Source: Betaproteobacteria bacterium (GTDB taxonomy: Bacteria > Pseudomonadota > Gammaproteobacteria > Burkholderiales > SG8-41). From it: DNA of 64,000 bases. Below are positions 43,573 through 54,285 of the stretch, piece by piece. The position numbers and the translations under genes are program-made. The stretch lies in contig JACQOJ010000065.1 in assembly GCA_016202605.1 (NCBI GenBank), positions 19,907 to 83,906 of the forward strand, written 5' to 3'. The notes beneath the pieces were generated by a model. It was not told the DNA's origin. It was given only the letters and a program-made list of their open reading frames with translations, and did not search any database. Numbering within the stretch: the stretch's first letter is position 1; each line of letters begins with the position of its first letter.

Positions 43573-44189
43573 TTTCGTTCCGATCGCGTCCCTGCTCGGC
43601 TGGTCATGAGCTTGCCGGGGGTCTTTTCCGCTTCGCCCTTAAGCTGGGCCAGACGCTGCTCAATCTTGTGTGCCAGTGCGCCTACGCTTTGGCTGCTGGT
43701 GTCTACGATCAGGTCGGCAACCTCACGGTAAAGCGGATCGCGCCGGGTAAAGAGTTCCTCCAGCTTTACCAAAGGGTCGCCGGATTGCAGAAGCGGACGG
43801 TTCTTATCGTGCCGCGTGCGCTGCCACAAGTCATGCGCAGCAGCACGAAGATAGATCACGGTGCCGTGTGCTGCGAGAAGCTTCCGGTTCCGTTCGGACA
43901 GGACGGCACCGCCGCCTGTGGCGAGCACGATGTTGGCGCCACACACCAGCTCGGAGAGTATCTTCGATTCGCGCGCGCGGAAGCCTGATTCACCCTCGAT
44001 CTCGAAAATCACGGGGATCTTGACGCCAGTCGCACGCTCGATCTCCTGGTCCGTGTCGTAGAACGTCTTGTGCAGGCGTCTTGCTAGGGCCCGCCCCACC
44101 GAAGTCTTCCCGGCACCCATGAGTCCAACCAAAAAAATGTTACCGGGGAACCCGTCTCTCGACGATTTCCGCTCCACAGGGACTTTCAT
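43569..44189 (-). CDS. aroK: shikimate kinase
   Basis: 206-aa ORF with P-loop [15 protein letters not shown]. It has short N- and C-terminal extensions relative to the roughly 175-aa norm. Confidence 0.92.
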   Translation of the reverse strand: MKVPVERKSSRDGFPGNIFLVGLMGAGKTSVGRALARRLHKTFYDTDQEIERATGVKIPVIFEIEGESGFRARESKILSELVCGANIVLATGGGAVLSERNRKLLAAHGTVIYLRAAAHDLWQRTRHDKNRPLLQSGDPLVKLEELFTRRDPLYREVADLIVDTSSQSVGALAHKIEQRLAQLKGEAEKTPGKLMTSRAGTRSERK

Positions 44190-44258
44190 GCGCCGATTCT
44201 AACGGAATCGAGGGGAGCCGGGCATAAGGCCGGGCAGTTCAACGCCCGGTCAGGACGC

Positions 44259-44284
44259 AAAAAAAGGCGGCACGCGCCGCCTTT
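44259..44284 (-). terminator. intrinsic terminator downstream of pilQ
   Basis: The minus strand reads AGGCGGC-gcgt-GCCGCCT followed by a T-run, about 20 nt after the pilQ stop. Confidence 0.7.
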
Positions 44285-44302
44285 GCTGGCCGCTGACCAC
44301 GA

Positions 44303-46429
44303 TTACTGGCGCAGCGTCAGCGTATCCTTGAGGATCTTGGGGGTGATGAAAATCAGCAGCTCGCGCCGGTCATCGGATTTGACGTTGTTCTTGAACAGGA
44401 AACCGACATAGGGCAGGTCACCCAGCACCGGGACTTTGTTGGTCGTCGAGCGCTCTTCCTGCGTGTAGATTCCCCCGATCACCACCGTGCCGCCATTTTC
44501 AACCAATACCTCGGTCGAGATCTGCTTGGTGTCTATGGCGGGTCCCCCCACCGTTACCTGGCCAACGCTGTCCTTGTTGACTTTGAGGGTCATGATGACA
44601 TTGTCGTCGGGCGTGATCTGCGGCTTGACCTTGAGCGAAAGCGTAGCCTTTTTGAACTGGACGGCGGTCGCACCGCTTGATGTGGCCTGCTGATACGGGA
44701 TTTCCGTGCCCTGCTCGATCGTGGCTTCGATCTTGTCGGCGGTGATCACGCGCGGACTGGAGATGATCTTGCCCTTGCCGTCGGCTTGCAGGGCGGACAA
44801 CTCGAGGTTCAGGAAACGCGTCGCGTTGGTGTTGAAGAGAATGAAGGAAAAAATGCCCGGTTGCGCGCCGCTGATATTTCCAGACGGGAGATTGACGTTG
44901 GAAAAGTCGTTCAATGTGGGGGTTCCGGTGGTCTGGCCGGTATGAAACGTCGTGTCATTCAGATTGGCGCCGGGAAGAACGCGGACGCCGCTGTTCTGGC
45001 TCGGCAGTCCCCATCCCTGGCTGCGGTCATGGTAGCCGAGGCGGACGCCCAGGTTCCGGCTGAACGTATCGGAGGCTTCCACGATGCGCGATTCGATCAT
45101 CACCTGACGTACCGGTACATCGATCTGGCGGATGAGTTTCCTGATCTCCTCCAGGCGGGTCGGCGTGTCCTGCACGAAAACCGTATTGGTACGCGCATCA
45201 ACGACGGCGCTGCCGCGCTTGGACAACAGGCGCTGACTGCCCGTGCTCAGGAACGCCTGGACGTCCTGGGCCTTCTGATAATTCAACTGGAAGCCCTCGG
45301 TATGAGTCGGCTCGAGCTCGGCAATTTGCTGTCGCGCTTCAAGGGCAAGTTTTTCCTTCGTTGCCAGTTCGTCACGCGGGGCAATCCAGACCACGTTGCC
45401 GGACTTCCGCATGTCCAGACCCTTCGCTTGGAGAATGATGTCGAGGGCTTGGTCCCACGGCACGTCCTTCAGGCGCAAGGTAAGACTGCCCGTTACCGTG
45501 TCGCTGGTAATGATGTTGAGCCCGGTGAAATCCGCCAGTACCTGCAGCACCGCGCGCACCTCCACGTTCTGGAAGTTGAGGGAAAGCTTCTCGCCCTTGT
45601 AGCCCGGGCGGCTGCCCTGGACGAGTTTGTTGGGATCCTCGACGAGTTGTTTGACCTCGATGATAAAGCGATTGTCGGTCTGATAGGCGGAGTGTTCCCA
45701 ATTGCCGCGCGGAGTGATGAGCAATCGCGCATTATTGCCCTGTGTCAGGGCGTCGATGGTCTGGACCGGCGTCCCGAAGTCGGTCACGTCGAGCCGCCGC
45801 TCGAGATTCTTGGGAAGGGCCGCGTTCAGGAAATCGACGACGATGGACCGACCCTGTTGCCTGATATCGATGCCGACAGCGTTGTCGGAGAGTTCGACCA
45901 CGATCCGCCCCTCGCCCGCGCCGCCGCGGCGAAAGTCGATGTCGCGCACGCTGTGCTTGCGATCGACCGCCGGCGCCTCCGCGAAACGCTGCGTGACCCC
46001 GGAGGCTGCGACTGCCGCTGCGGCGGTATCCTGCAGCGTGATCAGCACGGCCCTGCCGTCGATTTGCGTGTCGTAGCTCATGCCCTTGGTCAATTCGAGC
46101 ACCATGCGGGTGCGCCCGCTCGCCTGCACGACGTTGATACGGCGCAAATCCCCTCCGCCGACATCCTGAACGGTGCGGCCAAGCGCATTCGCGGTATTGG
46201 GAAAATCAAAGGCGATGCGCGGCGGGTTGTTGATCGTAAATCCGGCTGGCGCGCTGGCTGGCGCGTCCTTGAGCGTGACTTTGATGACGATCTTTCCCGC
46301 CTGCTGCGGGGACACGTCGACGGCCTGGATGCTGTTCGCCTGGGCCCATGCGGCAACGCTCGCCGACGCAATGATCAGCGCCAGCAGCGCGCGCCAGGCG
46401 CCGAACATCAGTTTGTGAGGGGAATTCAT
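44303..46429 (-). CDS. pilQ: type IV pilus secretin PilQ
   Basis: The ATG at 46429 overlaps the pilP stop (ATGA) and gives MNSPHKLMFGAWRALLALIIASASVAAWA, a signal peptide. AMIN-like N-terminal repeats and the secretin C-domain with VPVLGDLPYVGFLFKN follow. Confidence 0.95.
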   Translation of the reverse strand: MNSPHKLMFGAWRALLALIIASASVAAWAQANSIQAVDVSPQQAGKIVIKVTLKDAPASAPAGFTINNPPRIAFDFPNTANALGRTVQDVGGGDLRRINVVQASGRTRMVLELTKGMSYDTQIDGRAVLITLQDTAAAAVAASGVTQRFAEAPAVDRKHSVRDIDFRRGGAGEGRIVVELSDNAVGIDIRQQGRSIVVDFLNAALPKNLERRLDVTDFGTPVQTIDALTQGNNARLLITPRGNWEHSAYQTDNRFIIEVKQLVEDPNKLVQGSRPGYKGEKLSLNFQNVEVRAVLQVLADFTGLNIITSDTVTGSLTLRLKDVPWDQALDIILQAKGLDMRKSGNVVWIAPRDELATKEKLALEARQQIAELEPTHTEGFQLNYQKAQDVQAFLSTGSQRLLSKRGSAVVDARTNTVFVQDTPTRLEEIRKLIRQIDVPVRQVMIESRIVEASDTFSRNLGVRLGYHDRSQGWGLPSQNSGVRVLPGANLNDTTFHTGQTTGTPTLNDFSNVNLPSGNISGAQPGIFSFILFNTNATRFLNLELSALQADGKGKIISSPRVITADKIEATIEQGTEIPYQQATSSGATAVQFKKATLSLKVKPQITPDDNVIMTLKVNKDSVGQVTVGGPAIDTKQISTEVLVENGGTVVIGGIYTQEERSTTNKVPVLGDLPYVGFLFKNNVKSDDRRELLIFITPKILKDTLTLRQ

Positions 46430-46956
46430 TTTCTGGCCTCCTGTACGTCCTGCAACTGCAGCGCCTGATCCTTCTCTTCCCATTGGCCGCCGCTATCCTG
46501 AACGATTTCCTTGAGCATGATCGTGGTTTCCGTGATATCGGTAATGCGCCCGAAGTTCTGTCCCATATAATTGCCCGGCCTGACCCGGAACAGGTTGTTG
46601 TCTGGTGATTTCACCAGTGCGTGCACGACTTTTTTCTGCTGCAACGTGCCGACCATTTTCAGGTTTTCGAGGGGATAAGCCTCAAGCGGCTCTTTGCGAC
46701 GATTGAAGTCGGGCTGGATGCCCCCCGCTCCGGCCACCGATTTGGGCGGCGTGATCTTGCGCGGTTTGAACGGATCGATCAGGTCATGCGCATCGTAAGC
46801 GAACGGCTCGTAGGGCTTGACCTCCGGCAACGGCGGAATGCGCCCGCGCGGGAGGTTGTCGGAATCCTTGACGAACTGTTTCAGGTCGGAGTGCTGCTCG
46901 CCGCATCCCGAGAGAACGAGGCATCCGGCCAATAGCAGAAGTTTAGCGCGTGTCAT
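46426..46956 (-). CDS. pilP: type IV pilus assembly lipoprotein PilP
   Basis: 176-aa ORF with lipobox LVLSGC, in operon position between pilO and pilQ. Confidence 0.88.
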   Translation of the reverse strand: MTRAKLLLLAGCLVLSGCGEQHSDLKQFVKDSDNLPRGRIPPLPEVKPYEPFAYDAHDLIDPFKPRKITPPKSVAGAGGIQPDFNRRKEPLEAYPLENLKMVGTLQQKKVVHALVKSPDNNLFRVRPGNYMGQNFGRITDITETTIMLKEIVQDSGGQWEEKDQALQLQDVQEARK

Positions 46957-46959
46957 TTC

Positions 46960-47589
46960 TCACCTGCGGGCGGGTTTGCTCTTGGCGGCCGCCGCCCTCC
47001 TTCGTTGGGCGAGCTCGCTGTCATCCAGATACCGGAATGTCTTGGCGGTCGTATCCAACACCAGCAGATCCTTCGCACTGCTGATGGCGATGTCGTTCAG
47101 CGTGACGATCCGCGACAGCTTGCCGATGTCGCTCGCAAAAGCACCGATATCGTGATAGTTCCCGGTGATCTTGAGCGCGATGGGCAACTCCGCATAGAAA
47201 TCCCGAACCGTCTCCGTGCCGGGTCTGAATAACTCGAATTGCAGCCCGCGCCCGAGGCCAGCCTGGTTGATATCGATGAGCAACGCGTCGATTTCGGCTT
47301 TCCCCGGCAACTGCTTGAGCAGTGCGCCGAACTGCTTTTCGATATCTTCGAGCTGCTTGCGGTAGGCGGGCAGATCGACCGCGAGCTTTTTCTTCTCGAG
47401 GAAGGTGGTGCGGAGCTGCGCTTCCTTCTGCTTCTCGGTATTGATCGCATCGGCCTGATGCTGCCAGTCGAACCAGTAACTCGCGAAAACGATCAGCAGC
47501 AGCGCGACCAACAATACGCCCAGTTTCGGCAATACCGGCCACGACCCGATCTTCTTCGGATCGAGCCGCCTCAGTTCCTCAAGCGTCAT
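46960..47589 (-). CDS. pilO: type IV pilus assembly protein PilO
   Basis: The ATG at 47589 gives MTLEELRRLDPKKIGSWP.. followed by one TM helix and a coiled coil. The ORF-track start at 47649 overlaps pilN. Confidence 0.88.
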   Translation of the reverse strand: MTLEELRRLDPKKIGSWPVLPKLGVLLVALLLIVFASYWFDWQHQADAINTEKQKEAQLRTTFLEKKKLAVDLPAYRKQLEDIEKQFGALLKQLPGKAEIDALLIDINQAGLGRGLQFELFRPGTETVRDFYAELPIALKITGNYHDIGAFASDIGKLSRIVTLNDIAISSAKDLLVLDTTAKTFRYLDDSELAQRRRAAAAKSKPARR

Positions 47590-47593
47590 ATTC

Positions 47594-48184
47594 CTACCTC
47601 CCCGCCGTCGCCGGCTTGGTGGCCGGCTTCGCGGTGCTCGCCGCGGCACGCGTGATGTTGAAGTTGAGGGTAAACGCGTTGGTTCGCACCCCTCCCTGGC
47701 TGACCGCGCGGACCTCGATCAACCCCGGACCTTCGAGATGGGGCGACGACTCCAGGTTGCGCATCAGTGTCGACACCCGTGCCTGCGACTGCGTAAACCC
47801 GTTTATCGTCACCCGGTTGCCCGTTTGCTTGATGGCGTTCAGGTAGACGCCCTCCGGGAGCTGGCGCACCAGTTGGTCCAGAAGGTGCACGACCTCGGAG
47901 CGGTTGCTCTGCAGCGTCTCGACAACCTGCTTGCGCGCGAGCAACGCGACGGTCTGCTGTTTCAGCTTGTTGATTTCCTCGATCTCCTTGTCGAGTTTCG
48001 CGATTTCCTGCTGCAGATACTTGTTGCGGTCATTCTGGACTTCCAGTTCATTTGCGAGATAGCTGTGTACGCCGAACCAGATGGCGGCGCCGAGGCCGGC
48101 CACCACCCCCAGCATGATGAAGAAATGCTGCTGCTGCCGTTTGCGGCGAATCTCGCGATGAGGCAGGAGGTTGATGCGAATCAT
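47594..48184 (-). CDS. pilN: type IV pilus assembly protein PilN
   Basis: The ATG at 48184 overlaps the pilM stop and gives MIRINLLPHREIRRKRQ.., the conserved PilN N-terminus that binds PilM. One TM helix follows. Confidence 0.9.
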   Translation of the reverse strand: MIRINLLPHREIRRKRQQQHFFIMLGVVAGLGAAIWFGVHSYLANELEVQNDRNKYLQQEIAKLDKEIEEINKLKQQTVALLARKQVVETLQSNRSEVVHLLDQLVRQLPEGVYLNAIKQTGNRVTINGFTQSQARVSTLMRNLESSPHLEGPGLIEVRAVSQGGVRTNAFTLNFNITRAAASTAKPATKPATAGR

Positions 48185-49311
48185 GTGTCGAATCTCCGCA
48201 TAGCAAGGCCGCATGCCACCATCAACGAAGGAGCGTCCTGCGTCAGGTTCTTGGGCTTGATTCTTGACGACAGCGCCATGTTCGCGAACGGGTTGGCGAT
48301 AACGGTGTTTACTTGCGTCCGTTTGGTCACGGCGACGTCGATGCCGGGAATCGCGGCACAGCCGCCCGACAGCACTATGTGATTGACCTGATTATATTGT
48401 GTCGAGGTGAAAAAGAACTGCAGCGCGCGGGCAACCTCCAGTGCCAGCATGTCCATGAAGGGCTGCAGCACCTCGGATTCGTAGTTTTCCGGCAATCCCC
48501 CGGCCCGCTTTGCGGCCTCCGCTTCTTCCCGGGACAGCCCGAAGCGGTTCTGGATTTCCTGCGAAAGCTGATTGCCTCCGAAAGGCTGCTCGCGCATGTA
48601 AATGGATTGCCCGTTGCGCAGCACGTTGACATTCATCATCGTCGCGCCCACATCGACGATCGCGATGTTCTGATCCTTGCCGTTATCCGGAAACTGGCTT
48701 TGAATCAGTTCGAACGCGGTCTGGCTGGCGTAGATGTCGACGTCCATCACTATCGCTTTGAGCCCGGCTACTTCCGCTGCCGCCATCCGGTCCTCGATTT
48801 TTTCCTTGCGCGAAGCCGCGATCAGGACCTCCACATCGTCAGGACTGTTGGGCGAAGGGCCGAGCACCTGAAAGTCGAGGTTAACTTCGTCGAGGGCAAA
48901 CGGGATATACTGGTTCGCCTCGGTCTCAACCTGCAACTCAAGATCTTCTTCGGGTTGGCCGGCGGGCACCAGAATTTTCTTGGTGATGACGGCCGCAGTG
49001 GGCAGCGCCATGGCGAGATTCCTGACGTTGCTGCCGAGGCGCTTGTGACATCGCTTAAGCGCGTCACTCACGGCGTCGAGATTGTTGATATTGCCGTCGA
49101 CGACGGAGTCTTGAGGCAGCGGCTCAATTGCGTAGCGCTCGACCCGGTAGAGACCCTTGCCCGCAGCAGCGATTTCGACCATCTTGATCGCCGAAGAGCT
49201 GATATCGGCACCGATCAACGGCGGAGTTCTCGGCTTGAACAGGGCCTCGAGCTGCTCTGGGTTGATACCAAATTTTCCTTTGAGCATAGGTTTATAGGGC
49301 ATAATGCCCAT
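48181..49311 (-). CDS. pilM: type IV pilus assembly ATPase-fold protein PilM
   Basis: Actin-like fold collinear with P. aeruginosa PilM (..LIGADISSSAIKMVEI..VDVGATMMNVNVL..). The start is ambiguous, with ATGs at 49311, 49302 and 49287. Confidence 0.92.
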   Translation of the reverse strand: MGIMPYKPMLKGKFGINPEQLEALFKPRTPPLIGADISSSAIKMVEIAAAGKGLYRVERYAIEPLPQDSVVDGNINNLDAVSDALKRCHKRLGSNVRNLAMALPTAAVITKKILVPAGQPEEDLELQVETEANQYIPFALDEVNLDFQVLGPSPNSPDDVEVLIAASRKEKIEDRMAAAEVAGLKAIVMDVDIYASQTAFELIQSQFPDNGKDQNIAIVDVGATMMNVNVLRNGQSIYMREQPFGGNQLSQEIQNRFGLSREEAEAAKRAGGLPENYESEVLQPFMDMLALEVARALQFFFTSTQYNQVNHIVLSGGCAAIPGIDVAVTKRTQVNTVIANPFANMALSSRIKPKNLTQDAPSLMVACGLAMRRFDT

Positions 49312-49516
49312 AGTTTACTTTAAATGCTAGCAACAACTATACAACGTGTAAAGCGTTTTGTCTGCGTTTCCTTCGTGCCTTGCAGCCAATATAATTTCGA
49401 CCTGTCTCATATGAGCTACAGTGCATCAAATTTTCCCGTCGTGCAATGGTGCTGAACTGAAAATCGCCGTTCCCGGGCCTGAAAACCGGGTCTTGTCTTC
49501 CAGGATGTGCTACTAA

Positions 49517-51838
49517 ATGTCTGTCCGTTGGTGGGCCTTTCCGCTATTACTTGTGGTTTTTACCACGCTGGCGGGGGTGATGCTGTTGGCATTTGCGGCG
49601 CTCATCGTCTATCCGACGCTGCCGTCGCTGGAGGTCCTCACCGATTACCAGCCCAAGATACCGTTGCGCATTTACAGCGCGGAAGGCCAGTTGATCGGTG
49701 AATTCGGCGAAGAGCGGCGCGCCGTGGTGACGATTGATGCCGTGCCCAAGCAAATGATCTCGGCCATTCTGGCGGCGGAAGACGAGAGGTTCTATCAGCA
49801 CAGCGGTGTGGACTACATTGGCGTCGGGCGCGCGGCCATCTCGAATTTCGTGTCGGGCGGGGTGCGCCAAGGCGCGAGCACGATAACGATGCAAGTGGCG
49901 CGGAATTTTTTCCTTTCCAAGGAGAAAACGCTCACCCGCAAGTTTAACGAGATGCTGCTCGCATTCAAGATCGAACACAGCCTGAACAAGGACCAGATCC
50001 TTCAGCTCTATATCAATCAGATCTATCTCGGCCAGCGCGCCTACGGTTTTGCGGCAGCAGCGCAGATTTACTTCGGCAAGCCTCTTGATCAGTTGACGTT
50101 GGCTGAGCACGCGGTGCTGGCGGGCCTTCCGAAGGCACCTTCCCGATTCAATCCGATCGCAAACCCCAAGCGCGCGAAACTCCGGCAGCGGTACGTGCTG
50201 AGACGCATGCGCGATCTTGGAATGATCACGGATGCGCAGTTGGCGGAAGCCGACCGCCAGGCGCTCGTCGTAAAGAGGGAGTTCAGCGAGTTCGCCGTGA
50301 AAGCCGAGCATTTCGCGGAGATGGTGCGCCAGGCGATGTACGAACGTTATCGCGACGACGCGTATACGAGGGGTTTCAGGGTATATACGACGCTTTCCGT
50401 CCGGCACCAGCGCGCGGCCTACGTGGCGCTGCGCAGAGGCGCGCAGGAGTATGACCGGCGGCACGGATATCGGGGGCCTGAAGGATACGTCAACTTGCCG
50501 GGCGATCTGAGCGAAGAAGCGCTCGAAGACGCGCTGCAAGATACGACCGACGCCGACGACATCCACGCCGCGGTAGTGCTTGAGGCGAGCGCCAAGCGGG
50601 TAAAGGTGTATCGCAAAGGCGGCGAAATACTGGAGATCTCCGAGGACGGTTTGAAATTTGCCGCCCGCATGTTGGCTGGCAAAGCAAGTCCCGGCCAGCG
50701 CATCCGGCGCGGCGCTGTCATTCGGGTCCAGAAGACCGAAAAAGGCCGCTGGCAGATCACCCAGTTGCCGGCGGTCGAAGCAGGGCTGGTGTCGATTGAC
50801 CCGCGCACCGGCTCGATCCGGGCCCTGGTGGGCGGTTTCGATTTTGGCCGCAACCAATATAATCACGTGACCCAGGCATTGCGTCAGCCGGGATCGAGCT
50901 TCAAGCCGTTCATCTATTCGGCGGCCCTCGAAAAAGGCTTCACTTCGGCCACCATCATCAATGACGCGCCGCTCACGTTTACCGCTGCACAGACCGGGTC
51001 GGAGCCCTGGGAGCCGAAGAATTATGACGGAAAATTCGAGGGCCCGATGCGCATGCGCACCGCGCTCGTGAAGTCGAAGAACCTGGTTTCGGTGCGCATC
51101 CTGCAGGCGATCGGGCCGCAATACGCCCAGGACTACATTTCCCGCTTCGGGTTCGATCCCAAGCTCCACCCGCCCTACCTGACCATGGCGCTTGGCGCCG
51201 GCAACGTGACACCGATGCAAATGGTTGCGGCGTACTCGGTTTTCGCCAATGGAGGCTACCGCGTGGTTCCGTACTTTGTAGAGCGGCTGGTGGACGGCCG
51301 TGGAAACCTGGTGACGGAATCACTGCCACAGCGTGCTGGCGAGGGCGCGGAACGGGTCATCGATGCGCGCAACGCGTTCATCATGACGAGCCTCATGCGC
51401 GACGTGGTCCGAATGGGCACTGCGGCGCGCGCGATGAAACTCGGTCGTGGGGACCTCGCCGGCAAGACCGGTACGACCAATGATTTTATCGACGCCTGGT
51501 TCTGCGGCTACAACGCCGGCCTGGCCGCGGTTGCCTGGATCGGCTTTGACACGCCGCAGACGTTGGGCCGGAACGAGACAGGTGCGAGCGCGGCGCTACC
51601 GATCTGGATAAGCTACATGGGGGTCGCTCTGAACGGTGTTCCGGAACAGCTGTTCGCGCCGCCAGAGGGTGTGGCTGCGGTGCGCATCGATCCCGATACG
51701 GGTCTGCGCGTCGCGGATGGCCAATCCGGCACGGTGGACTTCTTCTACCAGGAATTCATGCCGCCCGAGGACGGCGTTGCCAGTGCTGTCCCGGGTGGCG
51801 ACCGGCCGGCGGAAGAAGTTAGGAACCAGTTGTTCTAG
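49517..51838 (+). CDS. mrcA: penicillin-binding protein 1A (bifunctional transglycosylase/transpeptidase)
   Basis: 773-aa ORF with a TM anchor. GT51 motifs EDERFYQHSGVD, GASTITMQ and RKFNE are present, as are transpeptidase motifs SSFKP, SKN and KTGTT. It is divergent from pilM, as in Pseudomonas. Confidence 0.96.
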   Translation: MSVRWWAFPLLLVVFTTLAGVMLLAFAALIVYPTLPSLEVLTDYQPKIPLRIYSAEGQLIGEFGEERRAVVTIDAVPKQMISAILAAEDERFYQHSGVDYIGVGRAAISNFVSGGVRQGASTITMQVARNFFLSKEKTLTRKFNEMLLAFKIEHSLNKDQILQLYINQIYLGQRAYGFAAAAQIYFGKPLDQLTLAEHAVLAGLPKAPSRFNPIANPKRAKLRQRYVLRRMRDLGMITDAQLAEADRQALVVKREFSEFAVKAEHFAEMVRQAMYERYRDDAYTRGFRVYTTLSVRHQRAAYVALRRGAQEYDRRHGYRGPEGYVNLPGDLSEEALEDALQDTTDADDIHAAVVLEASAKRVKVYRKGGEILEISEDGLKFAARMLAGKASPGQRIRRGAVIRVQKTEKGRWQITQLPAVEAGLVSIDPRTGSIRALVGGFDFGRNQYNHVTQALRQPGSSFKPFIYSAALEKGFTSATIINDAPLTFTAAQTGSEPWEPKNYDGKFEGPMRMRTALVKSKNLVSVRILQAIGPQYAQDYISRFGFDPKLHPPYLTMALGAGNVTPMQMVAAYSVFANGGYRVVPYFVERLVDGRGNLVTESLPQRAGEGAERVIDARNAFIMTSLMRDVVRMGTAARAMKLGRGDLAGKTGTTNDFIDAWFCGYNAGLAAVAWIGFDTPQTLGRNETGASAALPIWISYMGVALNGVPEQLFAPPEGVAAVRIDPDTGLRVADGQSGTVDFFYQEFMPPEDGVASAVPGGDRPAEEVRNQLF

Positions 51839-51848
51839 CGGGCCACGC

Positions 51849-52451
51849 ATGGCGAAGGAGCGCACTCGCAACGACACGCGCAGCCGCATCGCACATCTGG
51901 CTGCACGTCTCATGGCAGAAGACGGCATCGAGGACTACGCGCTTGCCAAGCGCAAGGCGGCGCGGCAGGCGGGCGTGCCCGATTCGCGACAGCTGCCGGG
52001 AAACGAGGAAATCGATGCCGCGCTAAGGACCTACCAGCAGCTCTACCAAGAGAATGAACATCGCTCGCGCCTCAGGGAACTGCGCCGCGAAGCGCTCCAC
52101 GCCATGCGCGAACTGGCTCGATTCAATCCCTACTTGACGGGCTCGGTCCTGTCGGGCAATGCCGGGAAATACGCGGATATCGATCTGCAGCTGTATACGG
52201 ACAACGTAAAAGCGGTTGAACTCTATCTCATCGATCGCGGGATCCCGTATCGCGCCGCACAGAGCAGACTTTACTCGGGGGAGTTGCTGCGCATCGTGCC
52301 GACGTTTACCGTCAATATCGGGGGCGCTGACATCCGGCTCCTGGTTCTTGCGTCCCGGGATCTGCGAGCGCCCTTGAGGACCAGCCCGGAAGGCAAGCCC
52401 CTGGAGCGGGCCAAGTTGCAGGCGGTAGCAGAGTTGCTGGTGCGCACTTGA
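51849..52451 (+). CDS. hypothetical protein with a Pol-beta-type nucleotidyltransferase-like motif
   Basis: The ATG at 51849, 10 nt after the mrcA stop, gives a 200-aa protein. The segment LTGSVLSGNAGKYADIDLQLY fits the minimal nucleotidyltransferase pattern G-S-x(9-13)-D-x-D. I recognise no further family. The ORF-track start at 51636 overlaps mrcA. Confidence 0.6.
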   Translation: MAKERTRNDTRSRIAHLAARLMAEDGIEDYALAKRKAARQAGVPDSRQLPGNEEIDAALRTYQQLYQENEHRSRLRELRREALHAMRELARFNPYLTGSVLSGNAGKYADIDLQLYTDNVKAVELYLIDRGIPYRAAQSRLYSGELLRIVPTFTVNIGGADIRLLVLASRDLRAPLRTSPEGKPLERAKLQAVAELLVRT

Positions 52452-52504
52452 GTTGCAGATGTCCGCGGCGAGCAGAAACCCGCGCTGACGGACAGCGAAT
52501 CAGC

Positions 52505-53539
<1,035 letters not shown>

Positions 53540-53589
53540 TTACGACCTGGGTGCGGGAACTATTTGCAATTAAGTTCGTCTTAAAGTTT

Positions 53590-53693
53590 AGACGATGTTT
53601 ATCGTCTCCCGCTTCTCCTCCCTGAGCGGGCGCCTTAATGCTTATTAAGGCTTTTCGCCCCCGGTTTTACTCCCCTTTAACCGGGGGTTTTTT
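53590..53693 (+). ncRNA. candidate small RNA: three hairpins plus a strong intrinsic terminator
   Basis: Four perfect stems occur on the plus strand: GACGAT/ATCGTC, CCCGCT/AGCGGG, GCCTTAAT/ATTAAGGC and CCCCCGGTT/AACCGGGGG, the last followed by TTTTTT. Two loops are C/U-rich (tctcctccctg, ttactccccttt). No plus-strand CDS precedes it. The 5' end is unknown and no clear promoter was found. Confidence 0.35.
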
Positions 53694-54285
53694 ATGCCTG
53701 TCGCAGCCAGTGCGCGATAACCTTCCGGGCGGTGCTGACACCGGTTCCCGTGGTGCTGGAAAAAAGCTGGACACTGCAGTTTCTATATTGGCGCGCCATG
53801 ACTTCGGCTCCTGCCAGCGTCGTCTTTGCTTCCTTCTTATTGAGCTTGTCCGCTTTTGTCAACAGCACGTGCGCCGGCTTGCCGAGCGGTCCAATCCACT
53901 CCAGCATCTGGCGGTCAAGGGCCGTAAACGGATGCCGCGCGTCCATAACGACAATCAGGCCCCGCAGCGCGGATCGAGACTGAATGTAAGCACTCACAAT
54001 GAGACCCCAATTGCGTTTTTCCTGCTTCGAAACAGCGGCATATCCGTACCCCGGCAGGTCGACGAGAAACCGTCCACGCCCGAGGTTGAAGAAGTTTATA
54101 GCCTGCGTACGGCCAGGCGCCTTGCTGGCAAAAGCGAGGTGCCGGCGGTGGGTAAGCGCGTTGATCGCACTCGACTTGCCGGCGTTGGAGCGTCCGGCAA
54201 ACGCCACTTCAAAGTCCCCATCCGGCGGGAAATCGTCAAGACCGTGTGCCGCGCGAAAGAACTGCGCACTACCCGATGGCGACAT
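53692..54285 (-). CDS. engB: ribosome biogenesis GTP-binding protein EngB (YihA/YsxC)
   Basis: 197-aa ORF with G1 motif [16 protein letters not shown] and DLPGYGYA. Confidence 0.94.
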   Translation of the reverse strand: MSPSGSAQFFRAAHGLDDFPPDGDFEVAFAGRSNAGKSSAINALTHRRHLAFASKAPGRTQAINFFNLGRGRFLVDLPGYGYAAVSKQEKRNWGLIVSAYIQSRSALRGLIVVMDARHPFTALDRQMLEWIGPLGKPAHVLLTKADKLNKKEAKTTLAGAEVMARQYRNCSVQLFSSTTGTGVSTARKVIAHWLRQA

